DNA of 10,126 bases, from positions 12,511-22,636 of the forward strand of contig CBFIJD010000033.1 of assembly GCA_965662845.1 (NCBI GenBank), given 5' to 3'. The stretch's first letter is position 1. Each line of letters starts with the position of its first letter. The stretch is from an uncultured bacterium (GTDB lineage: Bacteria > SAR324 > NAC60-12). The position numbers and the translations under genes are program-made. Shown here one piece after another: positions 1 to 7,920 of this stretch. Under the pieces are notes generated by a model. The model searched no databases and had not been told where the DNA came from. It was given only the letters and a program-made list of their open reading frames with translations.

Positions 1-294
1 GACCAAGCTATCGAGGGATCGTTGCCACAGCTTGCCTTTGAGCCAAAGCGCGGCCTGCATCCCCGCCAGGTGGCTCACCCCATAAATCCCCAAAACCCCG
101 TGGCTGAGCACATCATGCAAAAGTCCCGCAAACAGGACGCCCAGCTGAGGCGCCACAGACCGCGAGTGCAGCGACAAAACCACCATCCCCACCCACGACA
201 ACCGCACAGGGAATCCCCAATCGACTCCTAACAGCCCCAGTGTCAGCTCCATGCCGCACAACGCGAGCAGGATCCCAGTCGTCCAAGCGGTCAT
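1..294 (-). CDS. mreD: Rod shape-determining protein MreD (3' end outside window)
   Basis: Not in the ORF track. The ATG at 294-292 overlaps the mreC stop (ATGA) and the frame is open to base 1. Hand translation is hydrophobic (MTAWTTGILLALCGMELTLGLLGVDWGFPVRLSWVGMVVLSL...GVLFAGLLHDVLSHGVLGIYGVSHL) and carries the MreD-like GLLxDxxSxGxLG segment. It lies directly after mreC. Confidence 0.8.
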   Translation of the reverse strand, partial: MTAWTTGILLALCGMELTLGLLGVDWGFPVRLSWVGMVVLSLHSRSVAPQLGVLFAGLLHDVLSHGVLGIYGVSHLAGMQAALWLKGKLWQRSLDSLV

Positions 295-1133
295 TCGTCC
301 AAGCGCTCTTGAGCAAACAAACTCTGCTCGAATTGTAAGATCGAAACCGACTCTAGCTTCGAGAAGTTGACCGCCGGCTCCAGCACCGCAGTCTGAAAAA
401 GCTCATGCTCTTCTCGCCTCACTTCGACGACAATCCCCACGGGCAATCCTTTGGGGAACAGTTGGCTCAAACCGCTTGTCACAATTCGGTCACCCACCTG
501 GACGTCGGCACGAGGTAAAATTTGGCGCAGCTCCAGTCCCTCTCCGGTCCCGACGATCATGCCTCTTGCTCTACTTCGCTGCGACAAGGCCGGGAAAGCG
601 CTCCTCTGGTCCAACACCAGCTGAATCGTCGCCTGAAACGGAGACGCCACCTGCACTCTGCCCACCACGCCTGCGGATGTGATCACCGGAAGTTGTGCGC
701 GAATGCCGTCCTCACTCCCCCGATTGACCCACCAAACCCGTGTGTAAGGATCGGTACTGGCGCCGATGACTTCAGCAAAAACGGAGGGAGTCGGCGTGGC
801 GCGGTTGAACTGTAGCTCTTGGAGGACTTGCTCATATCGTGACGCGGCTTCTCGCATCTGGTTCACACTCGCTTGGAGCCGCTCAATCTCAGCGCGGAGA
901 CGACGGTTTTCTTCAGCCGTGTCAACGAGCCACAAGTACGATTCCGACCACTCGCGCCATTGACGGGTCGTGAAATGCCAAGCGCTCTGAAAAGGATAGA
1001 CCGCCAACATGAGTGAAGAGGCCAGCGGCGAAGACGAGGGAGGCGTGAGGTGGGCACGATAGAGCAACACACCGCACAGCATCAGCCCTGCGACCAAGGC
1101 CAGCAGACGGCGGTGACGCAGGAACCGATTCAC
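291..1133 (-). CDS. mreC: Rod shape-determining protein MreC
   Basis: GTG start, N-terminal transmembrane helix, coiled coil (EENRRLRAEIERL), and MreC motifs NRGSEDGI, GVVGRV and GDRIVTSGLSQLFPKGLPVG. Confidence 0.96.
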   Translation of the reverse strand: MNRFLRHRRLLALVAGLMLCGVLLYRAHLTPPSSSPLASSLMLAVYPFQSAWHFTTRQWREWSESYLWLVDTAEENRRLRAEIERLQASVNQMREAASRYEQVLQELQFNRATPTPSVFAEVIGASTDPYTRVWWVNRGSEDGIRAQLPVITSAGVVGRVQVASPFQATIQLVLDQRSAFPALSQRSRARGMIVGTGEGLELRQILPRADVQVGDRIVTSGLSQLFPKGLPVGIVVEVRREEHELFQTAVLEPAVNFSKLESVSILQFEQSLFAQERLDE

Positions 1134-1137
1134 GGCC

Positions 1138-2430
1138 TCACGTTAGCTCTCGCAGCACCGCTGCAGGACGTCTCATGAAGTCAAGTTCGTTGATCTCACT
1201 GAGAGCTTGCTGCAGCACCGCTTCTCGGCAGGGTTCAAGAGTTAAGGTGAAGATCACTTCGTTGCCCGTTCCAGATTGAGAGCCGTTGTATTGTGGAAGC
1301 TGCTCTAGCGCATAAATGTTGATTTGATGCCGCGACAGAATCGCTCCCACTTTTCCAACAATGCCTGGTCGATCTTCTACAGTGAACCGCAAGGTGTGAC
1401 GAAAGACGTACTCAGAGAAGGGCCGCAACCAGAGGCTACGCGCGGGGACACGACCCTCTGCGCTCGGTCGCTCGGCGATTTTATAGAGATCTGCCACAAT
1501 CGCCGAAGCCGTCGGCAAGCTCCCTGCGCCTCGTCCAATGAGCGCGATTTCATCTGAAAAACGCCCTTGTAAAGAGACAATGTTGAACGAGCCACTCACT
1601 TCAGCAATCGCCGTGTGTCTGGGCATCATGAGAGGGAGCACAAAAGCTTTGAGCGCCTCCTGCTCTTGTTGCAAATAACCAATCAGCTTGATGCGACGAT
1701 CCATGCGCTCGGCATATTCAAAGTCTGGCAACTCAAGGTGATCAATGCCTTGCATCGTGATTTGCTCAGGGGGAATCCATTGGCCTGTCACCAAATAGGT
1801 GAGGATCACGAGCTTGTAGCGAGCGTCGTGACCGGCGATGTCATTGGTCGGATCCGCCTCAGCATATCCCAAGCTCTGTGCTTGTTGTAAGGCCTCGGCA
1901 AAGGGGATCTTCCGCTGCTCCATCTCGGTCAAAATGTAGTTGGAGGTCCCGTTAAAGATGCCTTGAATCCGCTCAATATCTTCCGGCTGAAAATAGTCTT
2001 GCAGCAGCCGCACAACTGGAATGGCACCAGTCACGCTGGCCTCGAACAGCAGCTGGCGCTTTTGTTGACGAGCGACCTCATGCAATTCAGAGCCGTACAC
2101 TGCGATCAGATCTTTGTTGGCAGTAACGACGTGCTTTTGACGCTCTAAGGCTTGCCGAATCAGCGTGCGAGCGAACTCCATTCCCCCCACGGTTTCAACG
2201 ACCACATCCACTTGGGGATCCGCCAAAAGCTGGTCTAACGACTCGTAAAAGAGATTGGGGTCGCGCTCTTGCCACAGCTTTGCGGCCTCCGAGTCTACGT
2301 TGCGCTCCAAGATGCCCACCAGCTGCACGGGGGCCGAGGTGTGCTCTCGATGCTGCCATAAGACCTCTGCGACCCCCCTTCCGACGGTTCCCAGGCCCAC
2401 AATTGCGACTTTACAGGTTGCGTTGCTCAT
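1138..2430 (-). CDS. hom: Homoserine dehydrogenase with C-terminal ACT domain
   Basis: Rossmann motif GLGTVG, plus HVVTANK, FEASVTGAIP, GIFNGTSNYIL, GYAEADPTNDIAGHDARYK, GRGAGSLPTASA and the ACT motif EDRPGIV. Start reassigned to the ATG at 2430 (MSNATCKV) because the longer ORF overlaps ridA. Confidence 0.96.
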   Translation of the reverse strand: MSNATCKVAIVGLGTVGRGVAEVLWQHREHTSAPVQLVGILERNVDSEAAKLWQERDPNLFYESLDQLLADPQVDVVVETVGGMEFARTLIRQALERQKHVVTANKDLIAVYGSELHEVARQQKRQLLFEASVTGAIPVVRLLQDYFQPEDIERIQGIFNGTSNYILTEMEQRKIPFAEALQQAQSLGYAEADPTNDIAGHDARYKLVILTYLVTGQWIPPEQITMQGIDHLELPDFEYAERMDRRIKLIGYLQQEQEALKAFVLPLMMPRHTAIAEVSGSFNIVSLQGRFSDEIALIGRGAGSLPTASAIVADLYKIAERPSAEGRVPARSLWLRPFSEYVFRHTLRFTVEDRPGIVGKVGAILSRHQINIYALEQLPQYNGSQSGTGNEVIFTLTLEPCREAVLQQALSEINELDFMRRPAAVLRELT

Positions 2431-2449
2431 GAGGTTACTTTGCTTGAGT

Positions 2450-2836
2450 TCAAGAAATGATCGCGATCGCGTCGACTTCAATTGCCACATCTTTGGGCAA
2501 TCGTTGGACTTCCACGCAGGCCCGCGCGGGCTTTCCTTCCGCGAAGTATTGTTCATAGACTTCGTTCATGGCGGCAAACTGGTTCAAGTCAGCCAAATAA
2601 ACGGTCACTTTGACACAATGTTCGAGGGAAGAGCCTCCGGCTTGGAGGACAGCCTGCAAGTTGCGGAATGTCTGGTGGCACTGTTCGGCAAATTCGTCTG
2701 GCTCTGCGCCTGTCTCTGGCGAAAAGGGCAATTGGCCTGAGACGAACAAGAAGCCATTGGCCGCCACCGCTTGCGAGTAGGGCCCCACCGGTGCGGGAGC
2801 CTGATTCGTCTGGATGAGTGCGCGTGATGAACTCAT
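2450..2836 (-). CDS. ridA: RidA (YjgF/YER057c/UK114) enamine/imine deaminase
   Basis: Motifs APAPVGPYSQA, FVSGQLP, VKVTVYL, FAAMNEVY, PARACVEV (catalytic Arg present) and IEVDAIA. Confidence 0.95.
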   Translation of the reverse strand: MSSSRALIQTNQAPAPVGPYSQAVAANGFLFVSGQLPFSPETGAEPDEFAEQCHQTFRNLQAVLQAGGSSLEHCVKVTVYLADLNQFAAMNEVYEQYFAEGKPARACVEVQRLPKDVAIEVDAIAIIS

Positions 2837-3816
2837 TTTTCTTTCTCCGCTGTGACCTTCTTTTTAAGAAATTGGTACCAGTTGGGTCGCACAAAAAGTG
2901 ACTTTTCCAGCACATACCACGTGGCTTTCTCCATGCTCAGGACTTCCAAAAGTACCTGAGGTGACTTGATGTTCCCTTCTGCGATCAGCGACTTATCTGT
3001 GAAGCGCCCGATCCACTCCAAGAGGGATTCTTCACTATCAAAACAACGGTTCATGACATGCACCGCGAGCGGATGAAAGAGATCCACACCGCTCTCCTCT
3101 AGCATGTTGACCGTCGCCTCTAAGTCTTCGGGCGAGAAGCCGTCCTCCAATTTGTCAAAAATCGTAAAATAGTAACTAATTGGGATTGTGACCGAGTTTC
3201 GATCCCGAATGGCTCGAATGATTTGACAGGCGAGGCGCAGGCGAGATTGCACGGTTTGAGCGCCATAATCATCATCGCGGTTGTTGTAGCGCATCGAAAA
3301 ACACTGGTCGAGCAGCAGCTGGTCTGCTCCGTTGATCTCCAAAAAATCCATACCAACTTCTTGCGCCCGCTCTGCGGCGTGCACAAAGTGCAGCACAATC
3401 TCCTCGATGTCGCCTTCGTCAAATTCACGGCTCACATCATAATCGCGGCCAAAATTATACATCGAAGGGCCCACAGGGTTTTCTCCGCACAGTTCTTCTG
3501 AGGTTTTTGCCCCAGCATGCGCGAGGCGCACCCCGATGCACGCTCCTTCCTTTTTGACGCTTTTGGTGAGCTTTCCGAGTCCTTCTAGTTGATCTTCATC
3601 TGAGATGCCGAGTTGGTTTAATGACATGCGCCCTTGCTTGGCGACGTAGGCGCTCTCTGTGATCAGCGTGCCCACCCCTTGCCGAGCAAGGTTGGTGTAG
3701 TGTCGCACCATCTCAGCGGTCACGCGCCCGTGATTGTTCGCGAGGTTTTCTTTGGTTGGAGGGGCAATGATGCGGTTGCGTAATTTGAGGTCGTTGAAGT
3801 CAAAAGGGTTGAACAT
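2833..3816 (-). CDS. NADH:flavin oxidoreductase / Old Yellow Enzyme-family protein with a degenerate active site
   Basis: Family scaffold is clear (LKLRNRIIAPP, GTLITES, LAHAG, FVHAAERAQEVGMDFLEI, NNRDDDYG), but the usual EIHxAHGYL is replaced by EINGADQLL. Stop overlaps the ridA start (ATGA). Confidence 0.85.
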   Translation of the reverse strand: MFNPFDFNDLKLRNRIIAPPTKENLANNHGRVTAEMVRHYTNLARQGVGTLITESAYVAKQGRMSLNQLGISDEDQLEGLGKLTKSVKKEGACIGVRLAHAGAKTSEELCGENPVGPSMYNFGRDYDVSREFDEGDIEEIVLHFVHAAERAQEVGMDFLEINGADQLLLDQCFSMRYNNRDDDYGAQTVQSRLRLACQIIRAIRDRNSVTIPISYYFTIFDKLEDGFSPEDLEATVNMLEESGVDLFHPLAVHVMNRCFDSEESLLEWIGRFTDKSLIAEGNIKSPQVLLEVLSMEKATWYVLEKSLFVRPNWYQFLKKKVTAEKEK

Positions 3817-3838
3817 ATAGGCTCATAAGAGGCAGAAA

Positions 3839-4153
3839 TTAGGAGGCAGGACGGGAGGCTTTTTCGTCTAAGCCTGAGCGCCCAAAGCGCCGGCGCAGCT
3901 CATCATCAAGGTCTTGCAGAGAGAGGTCATGGTGCACCATCAGCACGAGGGAATGAAACCAAAGGTCTGCGAGCTCGTGGATCAGCTCGCTGCGGTCTTG
4001 ATCTTTGGCCGCGAGCACGACTTCGGTCGCTTCCTCTCCAAGTTTTTTGAGGATTTTGTTGTCTCCCTTTGCCAGCAGCGACGCGACGTAGGACTCTGCG
4101 GGGGTAGAGTGATTCTTTCGTTCCTGAATAAGCTCAAAGACTTGTTGAAGCAT
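3839..4153 (-). CDS. hisE: Phosphoribosyl-ATP pyrophosphohydrolase (stand-alone)
   Basis: Motifs SYVASLL, KKLGEEATEVVLAAK, ELADLWFH and RRFGRSGLDEK. ATG at 4153 preferred, with an alternative GTG at 4159. Confidence 0.95.
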   Translation of the reverse strand: MLQQVFELIQERKNHSTPAESYVASLLAKGDNKILKKLGEEATEVVLAAKDQDRSELIHELADLWFHSLVLMVHHDLSLQDLDDELRRRFGRSGLDEKASRPAS

Positions 4154-4162
4154 GCACACAGT

Positions 4163-5608
4163 TTAGGCTGAAGAGGCAGAGGACTGCCGCTGAATGTTAA
4201 GGACTTCGATTTTTTTGCGCAGAGTATTGCGATTGATGCCCAAGATGCGGGCGGCTCGTTGTTGGTTCCAGCGCGTTTCTTCCAACAAAATCTGCAATAA
4301 GGGCCGCTCCACTTGGGGCATGATTTCGTCCATGAGGTTTTCTCGTCGTTGCAGCACAAACTCAGGGACAATGTGCGCGAGTTTCCGCGTCGCGAGCGCT
4401 TCCAGAGACTCTCCTTGATCATCCAAGGTGGGCGTCTGCCGCAGCAAATTGTGTGGCAAGGAGTCGCGAGTGATCACAGCTGAGACGGTGGTAATCATCA
4501 GACTCTTGACGATGTTTTCTAGTTCGCGAATGTTGCCCGGCCAAGCATATTGCACGAGGGCCTCCATCGCGTCTTCGGTGATGGATTTACGACCCACCGC
4601 CAGCTCTTGCTTCCCCCGCTTGAGAAAATGCTCCACCAGCAAGGGGATGTCCTCTTGATGCTCGCGCAAGGGTGGCACCTGTATGGGAAAGACGCTCAGG
4701 CGATAGAACAGATCGGCGCGAAACGCTTGCTCACTGATCAGCTTTTCGAGCTGCCGGTGGGTTGCCGCGATGACACGCATCTGTGCCTGCAAGGTCTCGT
4801 TGCCCCCAACGCGCTCAAATTGACGCTCTTGCAGCACGCGCAACAGCTTCGCTTGCAGCTTGAGGGGCATATCCCCAATTTCATCCAGAAAGAGCGTGCC
4901 CTTCCCTACGAGTTCAAGTTTGCCTCGTTTCCGATCGTTCGCGCCGGTGAACGCCCCTTTTTCGTGACCAAAGAGCTCGGATTCTAGCAGTTCACTGGGA
5001 ATTGCAGCGCAGTTGAGCGCAATGAAAGGCGCTTCGTGTCTCTCGGAGTGCTGGTGAATGGATCGCGCGATCAACTCCTTGCCGGTGCCACTCTCTCCTT
5101 GAATTAAGACCGTCAGATTCGTGGCGGCGACTCGCCCAATCGCTTTGTACAGATCGCGCATCAGGCGACTTCTCCCAATCAACAGCTCGCCTTCTTCTTT
5201 GCGGGAGAGCTGCGACGGAGAGTGTCTCGCGTTGCGCAGATTGTTCATCTGCGTCTGGCCGCGCTGCAAGATCTCTTCAATCTCTTGGATGTCAAAAGGC
5301 TTTGACACATACTCGTAGGCCCCAGACTTCATCGCTTCGACAGTATGAAACATCGTGTTTTGACCAGTCATAATCGTCACCAGCAACGACGGGTACGCCT
5401 GTAGAATCTCTCTCGTAAAGTCTAGGCCGCTCTCGTGTTGCAGGTTGATGTCGATGAAGGCCATGTCGATGGGGGATTGGGCGAGAATTTCGCGGGCCTC
5501 GGTGGGAGTCGCGGCAAGGTGGGGAGTGGCATTCGCCCGAGTGAGCGTTTTTTCTAACACCCAGCGAATGCTTTTTTCATCATCCAGGATGAGAACGTGA
5601 CAGTTCAT
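4163..5608 (-). CDS. NtrC-type sigma54-dependent response regulator (receiver, AAA+, Fis-type HTH)
   Basis: Receiver domain (LDDE, phosphoacceptor FIDINL, SKPFD), Walker A GESGTGKE, intact GAFTGA, Walker B FLDEIGD, FRADLFYRL, WPGNIRELEN and HTH AARILGINRNTLRKK. Resembles NtrC/GlnG, but orthology cannot be established by eye. Confidence 0.93.
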   Translation of the reverse strand: MNCHVLILDDEKSIRWVLEKTLTRANATPHLAATPTEAREILAQSPIDMAFIDINLQHESGLDFTREILQAYPSLLVTIMTGQNTMFHTVEAMKSGAYEYVSKPFDIQEIEEILQRGQTQMNNLRNARHSPSQLSRKEEGELLIGRSRLMRDLYKAIGRVAATNLTVLIQGESGTGKELIARSIHQHSERHEAPFIALNCAAIPSELLESELFGHEKGAFTGANDRKRGKLELVGKGTLFLDEIGDMPLKLQAKLLRVLQERQFERVGGNETLQAQMRVIAATHRQLEKLISEQAFRADLFYRLSVFPIQVPPLREHQEDIPLLVEHFLKRGKQELAVGRKSITEDAMEALVQYAWPGNIRELENIVKSLMITTVSAVITRDSLPHNLLRQTPTLDDQGESLEALATRKLAHIVPEFVLQRRENLMDEIMPQVERPLLQILLEETRWNQQRAARILGINRNTLRKKIEVLNIQRQSSASSA

Positions 5609-5611
5609 GCC

Positions 5612-6871
5612 TTAGCTGCTTGGATTGCGAATGTAGCGCTGCAATTCTTCTTTCAAAAGACGCAGGCTCAGCAAGGCATCTGCTCCATGAACAGAGCGAT
5701 CTGGGCCAAACTCTCCACGAACTTGATCCGTCAGTTGCATGATGTTGCGCGAAGTCAGGGTGCGAGCGGCGTTGTAATAGTAAGCATCGGGGCGCACATC
5801 TCGAAATGGGGAGGTGTCTCCCACAAACATCGTGGCGAGCTTGGGGTCTTGGGTGACCTGAATGAGCACATCCTCGAGCATCAGCGCGTACTCGGCCCGA
5901 GTGATTGGTTTGTTCGGATAGAACAGGTATTGCGGATTTGCTTCCAGACCTCGTACGCCCAAGACTAAGACCTCCTCAATGTCTGCGCGCAAGGCGTGCT
6001 CGCTGATGTCGCTCGCCAAGGGCATCTCCTTCACACGCTCCCCTCTAGGCACCAGAGCTTCTCCGGCGTTGGGTGATTCGTAATTCAAGTCGGGCTTGCG
6101 CTCATTTCGATTGCGCTCGTACAAATCGCGGAGCTGTAGCTCCTGCATCAACAGAGCGGCCATGTCCGCGCGGCTGATCTGCGAGAGGAGCGCGACCTCT
6201 TTGCCGTGGCGTGTTCCCGGCTGTGCGCGGACGATTTTATCCAGGAGGGCTAGCGCTGCGTTCGCTTCCCGCGTGAACCCGCGATTGATTTCGAGCACCC
6301 TGCGGAGGCTAGCTTGCGCCTCGTTGAACTCCAACGCCTGTTGGTAAGCCAGCCCCATGTAGAAGTGTGGCTCGGAGCGGCTGCCGCGCATCTCAGGGTT
6401 GTCCTCATACACTTCGATGGCTTCTGCGAAGTGCTCCTCGGCGTCTTCGAGCCAGTTGTCATCTTGTTGCAGGGTCTCGTTTCTCAGCGCAAAAATTTGT
6501 ACAGAGGCGGTTTCTTCGGGGTTGTCGGCAGAGGAGAGAGCGTCGCTGAGCAGCTCTTCGCTCTGTTCCACGAGTTCCTCTATTTGCTCTTCCTCTCGGC
6601 CTGTTTGTTGGGAGCGATACGTCAGCACGTACGCTTTAGCGGCTTGTGCAGGGGGGTAGGCGGAGTCTAGCTCCAGCGCTAGGTCGAACTGTTGCTCGGC
6701 GCCATCCCAGTCTTGCTGGTCTAGCATGTCTTTACCGCGCAGCACGTGGTAATCGGGCGTGTCAAGCGTCCCCTGCGCTTTGCGTGGCTCCACATCTTTG
6801 CTACAGCCCACGGCAAACAACAGGGAGATCAGCGCTAGCCATCCCCACTTTCGGACAAATCTTGAAGTCAT
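5612..6871 (-). CDS. Lipoprotein with TPR repeats and S-layer homology (SLH) domains
   Basis: GGAGG lies upstream of the ATG at 6871. Signal peptide with lipobox FAVG/C. TPR-like units (YHVLRGKDMLDQQDWDGAEQQFDLALELD; HFYMGLAYQQALEFNEAQASLRRVLEIN) and SLH-like motifs (ISRADMAALL; FYPNKPITRAEYALML; PFRDVRPDAYYYNA...FGPDRSVHGADA). Confidence 0.82.
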   Translation of the reverse strand: MTSRFVRKWGWLALISLLFAVGCSKDVEPRKAQGTLDTPDYHVLRGKDMLDQQDWDGAEQQFDLALELDSAYPPAQAAKAYVLTYRSQQTGREEEQIEELVEQSEELLSDALSSADNPEETASVQIFALRNETLQQDDNWLEDAEEHFAEAIEVYEDNPEMRGSRSEPHFYMGLAYQQALEFNEAQASLRRVLEINRGFTREANAALALLDKIVRAQPGTRHGKEVALLSQISRADMAALLMQELQLRDLYERNRNERKPDLNYESPNAGEALVPRGERVKEMPLASDISEHALRADIEEVLVLGVRGLEANPQYLFYPNKPITRAEYALMLEDVLIQVTQDPKLATMFVGDTSPFRDVRPDAYYYNAARTLTSRNIMQLTDQVRGEFGPDRSVHGADALLSLRLLKEELQRYIRNPSS

Positions 6872-6938
6872 AGTCGCCTCCGTCATCACTTTGAGAGTTG
6901 CGTCGTCAAGCGTGTGCTCTGCGGCGCCATACGGTGCA

Positions 6939-7920
6939 TCAGGCGACGGCATCCCGAAGACTGTCGGGGCGCGTTTCCCCGAAGGTGTCTGGCAGCAGAG
7001 ATTGATCGCGTAAATAACGTAAGAGATGCAAAATACTGCCCCGCATACTCTGCAAATCCTCCTCTAGCGGGTTCGCTTCCTTCACGAACCACTCGTCAAT
7101 AAATTCGTCGATCAGCGCGGGCGTCCAGTTTGTGTAATGCGAAGGGCCAAAGTCTTCCAAGAAGGTCTCCAGATCTTCGATGATGCGCTCCTTGGCCTCC
7201 TCGTCCACGTCCAAGCTGGCATAGAAATTCTCTAAAACCTCTGCGGGCAGCGGCGCTGGGATGTCTGCGGCGTCTTCTCTCTCAGGCTCTGCGGCGTCTT
7301 CGGGGGCGTCTTCTCCCAAGTCTATATGATCTGGCAGCAGGGCCATCGGGCCATATTCTAGTTGTGACGGATCCACAGAGATCTGCTCAATGAGCTCGCG
7401 GTTGCGCTCTTCATAAGCCTCTAGTTCACTATGAATCGTCTCCTGAGTCGGCGCTAGAACATCCATTGCGACGGCGCGCGCTTTGAGATACTAGCGCCAC
7501 GATCATTGGATTCGAGAGGTGTGGGATCTCCGCGCTGTGCGCCAGCTGGTGCAGCGTTGCCTTGGCCAGCAAATTATCTGGCGAGCGCTCTACGGTGCTG
7601 CGCTCAAACTCTTCAAAGCGGGCCGTGAAAGCAGCGAGAAAATCGGTTGTCAGCAGGCGCATCAGAATCAGGGGCTCCGGTGTCTTGTCCTCAAGCTCTT
7701 GCTTGATCAAGTTGGGGTCGAAACCGATGCCCTCAAACTCAGGGCGGAAGGCGAGAAAGGGCAAGGTGCCTAGCAGGTCTTCCAATTCCTTTTGAGCTGC
7801 CATCTGCGGTTTTTGCCGTGGACGCGCAATCGCGAGTTTACGACGCTGTTGAGCGCGTTGTTGCTTCTTCTGTTGCTGGCGCTTTGCCATTCCGGCTTTG
7901 CGAGGCTTTTTCTTGGCCAT
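6939..7920 (-). pseudogene. Hypothetical protein (~326 aa) split by an apparent 1-nt insertion near 7491-7492 (real frameshift or sequence error)
   Basis: ORFs 7429..7920 and 6939..7466 overlap in different frames. The minus strand reads GTG GCG CTA G TAT CTC AAA GCG. Removing one base gives the continuous ...SNPMIVALYLKARAVAMDVLAPTQE... and 981 nt in total. Two separate genes remain possible. Confidence 0.6.

Noticed and set aside
2431..2556. N-terminal extension of the 472-aa hom ORF
   Set aside because: It overlaps ridA in another frame, and Hom homology begins at MSNATCKVAIVGLG (2430).
3839..4153. hisE unfused and outside a his operon
   Set aside because: Stand-alone hisE is common in many bacteria.
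6872..6952. N-terminal extension of the lipoprotein ORF
   Set aside because: The RBS and signal-peptide geometry favour the ATG at 6871 (6886 is a weaker alternative).
7267..7315. Repeated GCGTCTTC units
   Set aside because: Explained by the EDA repeats in the acidic protein linker.
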